Positions 32,774-42,151 of a DNA stretch of 64,000 nucleotides are shown piece by piece. The position numbers and the translations under genes are program-made. Every line of letters begins with the position of its first letter. The first letter of the stretch is position 1. The stretch is from Endomicrobiales bacterium (GTDB taxonomy: Bacteria > Elusimicrobiota > Endomicrobiia > Endomicrobiales > JALOBY01): contig CAWCNJ010000002.1 in assembly GCA_963796955.1 (NCBI GenBank), positions 1-64,000 on the forward strand, read 5' to 3'. The notes beneath the pieces were generated by a model, which saw only the letters and a list, made by a program, of their open reading frames with translations, did no database searches and had not been told where the DNA came from.

Positions 32774-34047
32774 GGTATTGCCTTTTTCCCTATGTCCTTG
32801 CGATACTGCATTCCGTCGAAATATACCGGTTTTACCGCAGCATACGTCAGTTTTATCGCTTCAGAGATGTTGTTTCCCAGGCCGGTCACCGCAAGCACCC
32901 TGCCGCCATTGGTAACTATCTGCCCGTCTTTCTCCGCTGTTCCGGCGTGAAAGACTATGACATCTTTTATTATCGAAGCTTCGGGCAAACCGGTTATTGC
33001 CATGCCTTTTTCGTAATCCCCGGGATATCCTCCCGATGCCAGAACCACGCTTACCGCAGACCTATTATACCATTCTAGCGGTTGTTTGTCTAACTGACCT
33101 GAGACAACGGCAACGGCGATATCGATAAGATCGGTCTTAAGCAGCGGCAATACTACCTCGGTCTCCGGATCGCCGAAGCGGCAATTGAATTCTATGACGA
33201 ACGGATCGCCTTCTTCTGTTATCATCAAACCCGCGTACAGGACGCCTTTATAAACGATCCCTTCCTTCGCAAGCCCGGCGAGCATCGGCTTGATGATACG
33301 TTCTTCGACTTTTTTAAGGACCTCCGGTGAAGCGACGGGCGCCGGCGCGTACGCACCCATACCGCCGGTATTCGGTCCCTCATCATTATCAAAGATGCGT
33401 TTATGGTCCTGGGCAGGCGCCATGATGGAATATTTGCTGCCTGATACGAACAACATGACCGAGGCTTCCTCGCCGTGAAGGAACTGTTCTATCACAACCT
33501 CTTTGCCGGCAGCGCCGAAAGCCTTATCGTCCATCACCTGTTTTACGGCGGCCAGAGCATCGCCTTTTGACATACAGACCAGCACGCCTTTACCGGCCGC
33601 CAGGCCGTCTGCCTTAACCACCAGAGGGCAGGTGTCCGGATGATCGTTGATATATTTTATCGCGGAGGCCGAATCGGCAAAGACATCGTAATCCGCGGTC
33701 GGCACCCCATACTTCTTCATGACGTGCTTTGAAAAAACCTTGCTGGCTTCCAGTTGGGCCGCCGCCTTGTTAGGCCCGAAAATCTTGAGGCCGCGATTGT
33801 CAAAATAATCAACGATGCCTTCAGACAACGGCACTTCAGGGCCGACGATGGTGAGGTCGATATTTTTATTGGTCGCGAAATCGCCGATGGCGTTAAAATC
33901 CGTCAGTTTAATATCCACACATTCGGCAAGCGTAGCAATACCGGCGTTGCCGGGAATGCAATACACCGACTTTACCTTCGGGCTTTGTCTTATTTTCCAG
34001 ACGATGGCGTGTTCACGCCCGCCGGAACCAAGTACCAGGACATTCAT
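32770..34047 (-). CDS. purD: Phosphoribosylamine-glycine ligase
   Basis: GSGGREHA, KADGLAAGKGV, GPNTGGMG, EFNCRFGDPE. Confidence 0.98.
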   Translation of the reverse strand: MNVLVLGSGGREHAIVWKIRQSPKVKSVYCIPGNAGIATLAECVDIKLTDFNAIGDFATNKNIDLTIVGPEVPLSEGIVDYFDNRGLKIFGPNKAAAQLEASKVFSKHVMKKYGVPTADYDVFADSASAIKYINDHPDTCPLVVKADGLAAGKGVLVCMSKGDALAAVKQVMDDKAFGAAGKEVVIEQFLHGEEASVMLFVSGSKYSIMAPAQDHKRIFDNDEGPNTGGMGAYAPAPVASPEVLKKVEERIIKPMLAGLAKEGIVYKGVLYAGLMITEEGDPFVIEFNCRFGDPETEVVLPLLKTDLIDIAVAVVSGQLDKQPLEWYNRSAVSVVLASGGYPGDYEKGMAITGLPEASIIKDVIVFHAGTAEKDGQIVTNGGRVLAVTGLGNNISEAIKLTYAAVKPVYFDGMQYRKDIGKKAIP

Positions 34048-34055
34048 TATTTTTC

Positions 34056-35402
34056 CTATTTGATAACGTATTTATCGGTGAAACACGCCCGGCAGAAATC
34101 ATCGGCGCGCATGTCGGAGGCCTTCAGCATGCCGTTGACGCTCAGGTAATGAAGGCTGTCCACCTGCATATATTTGCGGGTTTCTTCAACCGTATTCTGG
34201 GCCGCTATCAATTCACTCTTGTTGGGCGTATCGATCCCGTAAAAACACGGGGCGATGACCGGCGGAGAGGATATGGCAAGGTGCACTTCCTTAGCGCCGG
34301 CGTCCCGTATCATCTTGACCAATTTGCGCATCGTGGTGCCGCGCACAATGGAATCATCAACGACCACAACCCTTTTACCGCGCAGCAGTTCTTTAACCGG
34401 ATTATACTTTATCTTGGCGCCGAAATCACGGATGTGCTGGCTGGGTTCAATGAAAGTTCTGCCGATATAGTGGTTGCGGATAAGGCCGGTATCGTAGGGG
34501 ATACCGGAAGCGTGGCTGAAACCGATGGCGGCGCTGTTGGCGGAATCCGGCACGCCGATAACCACATCGCCTTTCAGGCCTTTCGCCAGGCATTCGTAGG
34601 CAAGGTTCGCGCCCAGCTGGCGGCGCACGGCGAGCACGGACTTACCGTATATCATGCTGTCGGGACGCGAAAAATATATGAATTCAAAAATACACATCGC
34701 CTGCTTGCTCTTTGCCTTGGCAAAGCGCCGCGATTTTAAACCGTTCTTATCGATTATGACCATTTCCCCCGGCTCAACGTCCCGGACGTATTCCGCGCCG
34801 ATAAGGTCCAGGGCGCAGGTTTCGGAAGCCAAAACCCAGCCGCTGCCGATCTTGCCGATGCACAGAGGGCGGAAACCGTACGGGTCGCGCACCGCGATCA
34901 TTTTAGATGGCGACAGGAAGATCATGGAGAAAGCGCCCTTGAGCTTTGAAAGGGCGTATTCTATGCCCTGCTCTATGGGCTTACCGTTCGTATGCGCGAT
35001 AAGATGGAGTACGACAGCCGTATCAGAGGTCGCCTGGAATATGGAACCTTTCTTTTCCAGTTTTTCGCGCCATTCATCAGAGTTCACCAGGTTGCCGTTA
35101 TGGGCAAGCGCCAGATAACCCTTCATGAATTTTATCACCAGCGGTTGGGCGTTCTTTATATTGCTGACGCCGGTCGTAGAATAGCGAACGTGGCCGACAG
35201 CCGTGTTACCTATAAGCTTTGCTAAATTCGTTTCGTTGAAAACAGCGGAAACCTCCCCCATGTGAACTTCAGAATATATCTTTTCACCGTCGGTAGAAGC
35301 AATGCCGGCGCTCTCCTGCCCGCGATGCTGCAACGCATATAGCCCAAGGTACGTAAGTTTTGCCGCATCCGGATGATTAAATATCCCAAAAACTCCGCAC
35401 AT
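34056..35402 (-). CDS. purF: Amidophosphoribosyltransferase
   Basis: MCG, LQHRGQESAG, GHVRYST, VDDSIVRGTT. Confidence 0.98.
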   Translation of the reverse strand: MCGVFGIFNHPDAAKLTYLGLYALQHRGQESAGIASTDGEKIYSEVHMGEVSAVFNETNLAKLIGNTAVGHVRYSTTGVSNIKNAQPLVIKFMKGYLALAHNGNLVNSDEWREKLEKKGSIFQATSDTAVVLHLIAHTNGKPIEQGIEYALSKLKGAFSMIFLSPSKMIAVRDPYGFRPLCIGKIGSGWVLASETCALDLIGAEYVRDVEPGEMVIIDKNGLKSRRFAKAKSKQAMCIFEFIYFSRPDSMIYGKSVLAVRRQLGANLAYECLAKGLKGDVVIGVPDSANSAAIGFSHASGIPYDTGLIRNHYIGRTFIEPSQHIRDFGAKIKYNPVKELLRGKRVVVVDDSIVRGTTMRKLVKMIRDAGAKEVHLAISSPPVIAPCFYGIDTPNKSELIAAQNTVEETRKYMQVDSLHYLSVNGMLKASDMRADDFCRACFTDKYVIK

Positions 35403-35411
35403 AGTTGACTC

Positions 35412-36185
35412 CTATTTCACATACGCTACAGCGTTAACGAACATCTGCAAACCCCAGCCAAATTCATTTTTCGGCTGCCCGATCTTCGAAGGATGCTGCA
35501 AAGCATAGACATACCGTTCCGGGTGGGGCATAAGGCCGAAAACATTCCCCTTCTTATTGCTGATACCGGCAATAGCATTAACCGCACCGTTGGGGTTAAG
35601 CGGATAGGCAGCAGGTTTCCCTGATTTGTCGACGTACCTGAAAGCGACCATATTGTTCTTCTCCAGATCGCTGAGTGTTTTTTTAGTGCCGGCAAGAAAT
35701 TTTCCCTCGCCGTGGGCTACCGGCAGCTGGATGACAGGCGGAAGGCCCTTAACCCAGAAACTTTTATTTTTTTTGTTGGCGCCAAGATTTATCCAGCGGC
35801 ACTCGAATTTGTCCGAATCATTAAAGGTCAGGGTTGTTGTCTGGGAGAAAGAAACTTCGTCCGGCAGCAGGCCCATTTTAACCAAAACCTGAAATCCGTT
35901 GCAGATGCCTATAACAGGTTTCCCGTCAGAGGCGAATTTTTGGATATGTGCGCCGAGCTTATTTTTAAGCTCGTTGGCCAATATCTTTCCTGAAGCTATA
36001 TCGTCACCGTAAGAAAACCCGCCGGGCACGGCCATGATCTGATAATCAGCCAGTTTTACCTCGCCCGATATCAGGCGGTTAATATGCACCCGCTCCGCTT
36101 TCGCGCCAGCCAGTTCGAAGGCTGCCGCCGTCTCATAATCGCAGTTAGTTCCAGCAGTCCTCAGTATGATCGCTTTAGGTGCCAT
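35412..36185 (-). CDS. purQ: FGAM synthase glutaminase subunit
   Basis: GTNCD, PGGFSYGD, GICNGFQ, MPHPER; start moved to MAPKA behind an RBS. Confidence 0.97.
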   Translation of the reverse strand: MAPKAIILRTAGTNCDYETAAAFELAGAKAERVHINRLISGEVKLADYQIMAVPGGFSYGDDIASGKILANELKNKLGAHIQKFASDGKPVIGICNGFQVLVKMGLLPDEVSFSQTTTLTFNDSDKFECRWINLGANKKNKSFWVKGLPPVIQLPVAHGEGKFLAGTKKTLSDLEKNNMVAFRYVDKSGKPAAYPLNPNGAVNAIAGISNKKGNVFGLMPHPERYVYALQHPSKIGQPKNEFGWGLQMFVNAVAYVK

Positions 36186-36195
36186 ATATATTCCT

Positions 36196-38634
36196 TTACC
36201 AGGCAAGGCGGCTGCGCCAGGCGGATTTTAGGGCCGACAGTTTCTCTTTTATAACTGCTTTACCATTTTTTCCGTTCATCAATACGGTGTCGGTATTATT
36301 GACAGAGCCGATGCAGGAGACAACCGCGCCGGCCATTGCTTTTTCAAAGGCCTGGCTGTTCTTCTTAGATACTTCGACGACAAAGCGGCTGTTGGATTCC
36401 GAGAAGAGCAATTCTATATCGGTAAGTTCGGGCATCGCACTTACCATGCCAAGTTCTATCTCAACACCCTTATTGCCGGCAAAAGCCATTTCAGCGACCG
36501 CCACGGCAAGGCCGCCTTCTGAGCAGTCATGGGCGGATTCAATAAGGCCTTTGCCGATAGCCTGATGCAGCGACTTCATTGCGGACAGGGCGTTATAGGG
36601 GTCAACCTTCGGCAAAATGCCGCCGTTGATCTTTTTGAGTTTCGCATAATGAGAGCCGCCCAGTTCGTCCTTTGTCGCACCGATCACGTACAGCAGGTTA
36701 TCGGCCTTCTTCAGGTCCATCGTGCGGGCGGCCCTGACATCCGGCACGATCCCCATCGCCGATATAAGCAGCGAGGGCGGGATAGAATACGATTTGCCTT
36801 TCACTTCATATTCATTATGCAGGGAATCTTTGCCTGAAATGAACGGAACACCATACGCCATTGCCATATCGTAACACGCATCGGCGGCGCGCACCAGGGA
36901 GCCAAGCACTTCCGTGCGATAAGGGTTTCCCCAGCAGAAATTATCGAGCACAGACATCTGTTCAGGATCAGCGCCGACGCAGACAGCGTTCCTCAGGGCC
37001 TCGTCCACAGCAGAGGCGGTCATCCAATAGGCATCTATTTTACCATACTCCGGGTTCATTCCGTTAGACAAAACGACGCCTTTATATTTGTTTACTCCGG
37101 ACTCCGGTCTTCGGACTCCGGACTGCCTCACCGCATACGGCCAGATAACAGCCGCATCACCCGGACCCTGCGCGGTTATATCGCTGCCGTGGAACGGCTT
37201 AATTACCGTCTGGCCCATAACTTCGTGATCGTATTGGCGCACGATCCATTCTTTGGAACAAATATTGAGCATGCCGAGCAACTCTTTAAGATCGGAACCC
37301 GGCCTGGAAGAACTCTTTTTGAGTGCCGCAACGGAGATCGGCTTATCGGCCTTCACCGTCCAGGTAGCGATGTTCTTTACCTTGGGTACACCTTTATGCA
37401 GAAACGCCATCTTCATATCGGCAACGGTCTCGCCGTTATACAAGAGCTTCAATGTATGATCGTTCGTGAATTCACCGATAAAAGTGGCTTCGACATTTTC
37501 CTGTTCGAAAACACGCAATATACGTTCTTTATTTTCAGGCTGCACGGCAAAGACCATACGTTCCTGAGCTTCCGAAACCCATATCTCCCACGGCGCAAGC
37601 CCCTGATATTTAAGCGGTATCTTATCCAAATGTACTACCACGCCGCATTCTTCCCCGAGTTCCCCTACCGCCGAGGAAAGGCCGCCGGCGCCGCAGTCCG
37701 TAAGGCCGCGGTAGAGCCCCAGGTCCCTGGCCTGCAAAAGGGTATCCAAAACTTTTTTCTCAATTATGGGGTTGCCTATCTGGACGGCGCTGACATCGCT
37801 CTGGTCGTCCAGCTTAATGGATGAGAAAGTTGCGCCATGAATACCGTCGCGCCCGGTACGCCCGCCCACGACCAGCACAAGATCGCCCGGTTTGACATCT
37901 TTGAAAGCCATTTTCTTAGGGATAATACCCATGGTGCCGCAATATACCAGGGGGTTAGAAGTGTATGCCGGATCGAAAAAGACGGCACCGTTAACCGTCG
38001 GTATGCCCATGCGGTTGCCGTAATCGCGCACACCGGAAACAACACCCTTGGCGATCCGCTTTGGATGCAGCATGCCTTTTGGCAGTGTTTTCCACGACAT
38101 ATCCGGCTCACCGAAACAAAACACATCGGTATTCGCAAGCGGCTTCGCCCCAAGGCCTACACCCATGATATCGCGAATAACGCCGCCGATACCCGTCGCC
38201 GCGCCGCCGTACGGCTCAAGCGCTGAAGGGTGGTTGTGGGTCTCCACTTTAAAAGCTATGCCGTTTTCATCGTCAAAATCGATCACTCCGGCGTTATCCT
38301 TGAATACCGAGATGCACCAGGGCTTATTAAGTTCCTGTGTAGCGCGGAACACCGTTTCTTTTAAAAGGTTTTGATAGGTTTTAACGGTTTCTTTTCCGTC
38401 AACATCGGTCTCCCTATATTCCACAACACCGGTAAGCGTTTTATGCTTGCAATGTTCGCTCCAGGTCTGGGCGATGGTCTCAAGTTCCACATCCGTCGGG
38501 TTGCGTTTTTCTTTCTTAAAGTATTCCTGCACCGCTTTCATCTCCACCAGCGAAAGCGAAAGCACATTTTTTTTGCTCAACGCCACCAGTTGTTCGTCAG
38601 TTGCTTTCAATAATTCTATCGTGTTCACATTCAT
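36196..38634 (-). CDS. purL: FGAM synthase subunit PurL
   Basis: WSEHCKH, ETHNHPS, DCGAGG, SEAQERM. Confidence 0.98.
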   Translation of the reverse strand: MNVNTIELLKATDEQLVALSKKNVLSLSLVEMKAVQEYFKKEKRNPTDVELETIAQTWSEHCKHKTLTGVVEYRETDVDGKETVKTYQNLLKETVFRATQELNKPWCISVFKDNAGVIDFDDENGIAFKVETHNHPSALEPYGGAATGIGGVIRDIMGVGLGAKPLANTDVFCFGEPDMSWKTLPKGMLHPKRIAKGVVSGVRDYGNRMGIPTVNGAVFFDPAYTSNPLVYCGTMGIIPKKMAFKDVKPGDLVLVVGGRTGRDGIHGATFSSIKLDDQSDVSAVQIGNPIIEKKVLDTLLQARDLGLYRGLTDCGAGGLSSAVGELGEECGVVVHLDKIPLKYQGLAPWEIWVSEAQERMVFAVQPENKERILRVFEQENVEATFIGEFTNDHTLKLLYNGETVADMKMAFLHKGVPKVKNIATWTVKADKPISVAALKKSSSRPGSDLKELLGMLNICSKEWIVRQYDHEVMGQTVIKPFHGSDITAQGPGDAAVIWPYAVRQSGVRRPESGVNKYKGVVLSNGMNPEYGKIDAYWMTASAVDEALRNAVCVGADPEQMSVLDNFCWGNPYRTEVLGSLVRAADACYDMAMAYGVPFISGKDSLHNEYEVKGKSYSIPPSLLISAMGIVPDVRAARTMDLKKADNLLYVIGATKDELGGSHYAKLKKINGGILPKVDPYNALSAMKSLHQAIGKGLIESAHDCSEGGLAVAVAEMAFAGNKGVEIELGMVSAMPELTDIELLFSESNSRFVVEVSKKNSQAFEKAMAGAVVSCIGSVNNTDTVLMNGKNGKAVIKEKLSALKSAWRSRLAW

Positions 38635-38658
38635 CTAAGGGATTCCTTATTTAAACGA

Positions 38659-39129
38659 TTATTGGATCGAGTATTCCTGCACCATGGGATTGGCCAGGAG
38701 TTTTTCGGCGATTTGTTTGACGGTGGACACCGCGGCGGAGCCTACCACGGTGAATTTATGGCCGGTCTTGACCTTCAGAGGAGCGTTTATGCCGAGGTCT
38801 TTTACGGCTTTTTGAACGCTTTCGGCAACGGTGTCGGTAACGCCGTTCTTCAGCCAGACCTCAATAATATGCTCGCCTTTCGCCGGTTTAATTTTACCGG
38901 CCGCCTCAAGTGTGTCGGCGGCATATTCTTCCGTAATAGGGTCAATAAGCAGCTCGGAAGCGATACGGGTTACGTCAAGTCCCGTAACATCGCCGTCGAT
39001 CTTATAGACCGTGCAATATCTTACTTTTGAAACACCGGCAATACCGATATCCTTTACGTCATGGCAGACATGTTCACCGTGCTTGTCAGGAAAACCTTTT
39101 TGATTGCTTACTTCGATCCTGTAGATCAT
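38659..39129 (-). CDS. purS: PurS-like subunit with two tandem PurS domains
   Basis: Two halves ending LIDPITE and LLANPMVQ; sits between purC and purL. Confidence 0.85.
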   Translation of the reverse strand: MIYRIEVSNQKGFPDKHGEHVCHDVKDIGIAGVSKVRYCTVYKIDGDVTGLDVTRIASELLIDPITEEYAADTLEAAGKIKPAKGEHIIEVWLKNGVTDTVAESVQKAVKDLGINAPLKVKTGHKFTVVGSAAVSTVKQIAEKLLANPMVQEYSIQ

Positions 39130-40007
39130 TAGAATTTCTTCCCGGTTATTTTTTCATAGGCTTCAACATATTTCATCCGTGTGCCGTCTATCACTTCTTT
39201 CGGCAATTGCGGCACCGGCGGCTGCTTGTTCCACTTTATGTCTTCCAGATAATCGCGCACGAACTGTTTATCCAGGCTGTCCTGACTCGTGCCTTCAACG
39301 TACAGGTTGCTTTCCCAGAACCGTGAAGAATCGGGGGTCAGCACTTCATCTATCAATATCACTTTACCGTCGTGCAGGCCGAACTCGAATTTCGTATCGG
39401 CGATCATAACGCCTTTTGTCAGGGCGTAGGCGGCGGCATTCGTGTAAACCATCAGCGACAGCTCTTTGATCTTGGTGGCAAGTTCAAGGCCGATACGGTT
39501 GACCGTTTCTTCAAATGTTATATTCTCATCATGTTTACCGCCGTCTTCCTTGCTGGAAGGGGTGAAAATGGGCTCCGGCAATTTGGAGGATTCCTTCAAG
39601 CCCGCCGGCAGCTGTATCCCGCAGGCGGTGCCGTATTTCTGATATTCCTTCCATCCTGAGCCCGCGATATAGCCGCGCACGATGCACTCTATGTCTATGC
39701 GCTGGGCTTTTTTAACCAGCATGGAACGGTCTTTTAGATAGGGGTACCGCTTTAGGATCGTCGGGAACTGCTCAAAATCACCGGTAATAAGATGGTTGGG
39801 CAATGTACCCTGGAACATATCGAACCAGAACATTGAGAGCTTATGCAGAATGCGGCCCTTATCCGGTATTACGTTCGGCAGAACATAGTCGAAAGCGGAA
39901 ATGCGGTCTGAGGCGACGATCAAAAGTTGTTCGTTGAGATCGTAAACCTCGCGTACTTTTCCCCGGTGCAGCAGGGGCAGATCAATAGTTTCACTGGCGG
40001 TATTCAT
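39129..40007 (-). CDS. purC: SAICAR synthetase
   Basis: GKVRE, SDRISAFD, ADTKFEFG, DEVLTPDSSRFW. Confidence 0.98.
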   Translation of the reverse strand: MNTASETIDLPLLHRGKVREVYDLNEQLLIVASDRISAFDYVLPNVIPDKGRILHKLSMFWFDMFQGTLPNHLITGDFEQFPTILKRYPYLKDRSMLVKKAQRIDIECIVRGYIAGSGWKEYQKYGTACGIQLPAGLKESSKLPEPIFTPSSKEDGGKHDENITFEETVNRIGLELATKIKELSLMVYTNAAAYALTKGVMIADTKFEFGLHDGKVILIDEVLTPDSSRFWESNLYVEGTSQDSLDKQFVRDYLEDIKWNKQPPVPQLPKEVIDGTRMKYVEAYEKITGKKF

Positions 40008-40009
40008 AA

Positions 40010-41536
40010 TCACTCCCATTCGATGGTAGCGGGCGGTTTCTGGGATATATCATAGGCGACACGGTTGATACCGCGCACTTCATTAATTATCCTGCTTGAG
40101 ATCTTGCCCAGCATTTCATACGGCACTTTCGCCCAATCGGCGGTCATGGCGTCGGTGCTTTCAACGATACGCAAAACGCAGACATTTTCATAGGTGCGGC
40201 AATCGCCCATAACGCCCACCGTCTTAACGGGCAGCAGCACGGCGAACGCCTGCCAGAGTTTTTCATACAGCCCGGCCTTGCGGATCTCTTCTTCCACGAT
40301 CCAGTCGGCTTTGCGCAATACATCGAGCCTTGGTTTATCGACAGCGCCAAGTACCCTTATGGACATTCCGGGCCCGGGGAATGGGTGGCGCGTAATGATC
40401 TCTGAAGGCATGCCAAGTTCTCTGCCAAGCTCGCGCACTTCGTCTTTGAACAGGAATTTTAAGGGCTCCACCAGCTGCATGCGCATCTTTTCCGGCAGCC
40501 CTCCGACGTTGTGATGGCTTTTTATGACCGCCGAAGGACCGTTCACGGACACGCTTTCGATAACATCGGGATAGAGCGTGCCCTGCACAAGGAAATCAAC
40601 TTTCTTTAGTTTTTTAGCTTCCTGTTCAAATACCTCTATAAATTCATGTCCGATAATTTTGCGTTTGCGTTCGGGATCGGAAATCCCGGAAAGCTTTTTA
40701 AGGAAGCGGGCGCTGGCATCCACGACAACCAGACTGTTACCGAACTTCTTACCGAATATTTTCTGCACGCGTTCTTTTTCGTTCAACCGCAGAACGCCGT
40801 TATCAACGAAAACGCAGGTAAGTTGTTTGCCGATAGCCTTATGCAATAGCACCGCGGCTACCGCCGAATCAACGCCGCCCGACATACCGCACAGCACCTT
40901 GCCGCGGCCTACCTGGCGGCGAATACGCTTAATTTCTTCTGAAACAAAGTTATGCATCGTCCAGTCAGCGCGGCTGCCGCAGACGCCGAACACAAAATTC
41001 TGAATGATCTGCTTACCCTGCGGCGTATGGTTGACTTCCGGGTGGAACTGCACGCCGTATATCTGACGGTCAGTATCGGCGATAGCCGCGTAAGGAGAAT
41101 TTGAAGTGTACGCTATCCGATTGAAGCCTTTCGGCATCCGGGACAGGCTGTCGCCGTGGCTCATCCAGACCGTGGGATCGGTTATATTTCCGAACAACGA
41201 CTTTTTAGCTTTTATCTTAAGGGTAGAAAGGCCGTACTCGCGATGTTTAGCGCGTTTAACTTTTCCGCCAAAGTGCTCGGCGATCAGCTGCATGCCGTAA
41301 CAAATGCCCAGCACCGGCACGCCCAATTCCCATATCTTAGGATCGGGCCACGGCGCGTTCTTCTCATACACCGAAGCCGGCCCGCCGGACAATATGATGC
41401 CTTTCACATTTTCAAGCGCCCCGAACGACTCCAGCTTCATATTCCCCGGATATATTTCGCAGTACACCTTCATTTCCCGAACACGCCGCGCAATAAGTTG
41501 CGTCACCTGCGACCCAAAATCAAGAATAAGAATCAT
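40010..41536 (-). CDS. guaA: GMP synthase (glutamine-hydrolysing)
   Basis: [37 protein letters not shown]. Confidence 0.99.
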   Translation of the reverse strand: MILILDFGSQVTQLIARRVREMKVYCEIYPGNMKLESFGALENVKGIILSGGPASVYEKNAPWPDPKIWELGVPVLGICYGMQLIAEHFGGKVKRAKHREYGLSTLKIKAKKSLFGNITDPTVWMSHGDSLSRMPKGFNRIAYTSNSPYAAIADTDRQIYGVQFHPEVNHTPQGKQIIQNFVFGVCGSRADWTMHNFVSEEIKRIRRQVGRGKVLCGMSGGVDSAVAAVLLHKAIGKQLTCVFVDNGVLRLNEKERVQKIFGKKFGNSLVVVDASARFLKKLSGISDPERKRKIIGHEFIEVFEQEAKKLKKVDFLVQGTLYPDVIESVSVNGPSAVIKSHHNVGGLPEKMRMQLVEPLKFLFKDEVRELGRELGMPSEIITRHPFPGPGMSIRVLGAVDKPRLDVLRKADWIVEEEIRKAGLYEKLWQAFAVLLPVKTVGVMGDCRTYENVCVLRIVESTDAMTADWAKVPYEMLGKISSRIINEVRGINRVAYDISQKPPATIEWE

Positions 41537-41567
41537 GTCGTTTAAATTCCTTAAATAATGTGGTTAT

Positions 41568-42119
41568 CTATACTTTGCCGTGAGTTATGGTTTTCTGGGC
41601 CTGGTACTTGCCGGCCTTATCTGCGTATGATGTTTCGCAGGCTTCGTCGGCTTCATAAAATAGGACCTGGGCAATACCCTCGTTCGCGTACAGCTTTACC
41701 GGGACCGGCGACGTATTGGCGATGCTGATAGTTACGAATCCCTCCCATTCGGGTTCGAAGGGGGTCACGTTCACCAGTACGCCGCACCGGGCGTAGGTGG
41801 ATTTCCCGAAACAAACGGTCACCACATTACGGGGTATACGGAAATACTCGACGGAACGGGCCAGAACAAAGGAGTTGGGCGGGATGGTGATGTATCCGTC
41901 TACCGCTTTTACGTCTTTGAAGTTCTGAGGGTCGCTAAGCTTTGGGTCAAGGGGCTTATTTCCCACGAAAACCTTGAACTCATCGGCGATACGCATATCG
42001 TAGCCGTAAGAAGATGTCCCGTAAGAAATATTACCGTTCTTTACCTGCGCCGGCTCGAATGGCTCTATAATACGCTGCTCCTGAGCCATTCGTTTTATCC
42101 ACTTATCACATTTTATCAT
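41568..42119 (-). CDS. dcd: dCTP deaminase
   Basis: [28 protein letters not shown]. Confidence 0.97.
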   Translation of the reverse strand: MIKCDKWIKRMAQEQRIIEPFEPAQVKNGNISYGTSSYGYDMRIADEFKVFVGNKPLDPKLSDPQNFKDVKAVDGYITIPPNSFVLARSVEYFRIPRNVVTVCFGKSTYARCGVLVNVTPFEPEWEGFVTISIANTSPVPVKLYANEGIAQVLFYEADEACETSYADKAGKYQAQKTITHGKV

Positions 42120-42151
42120 ATTACCAATTCCAATTCAATTTTGTATGGGTT

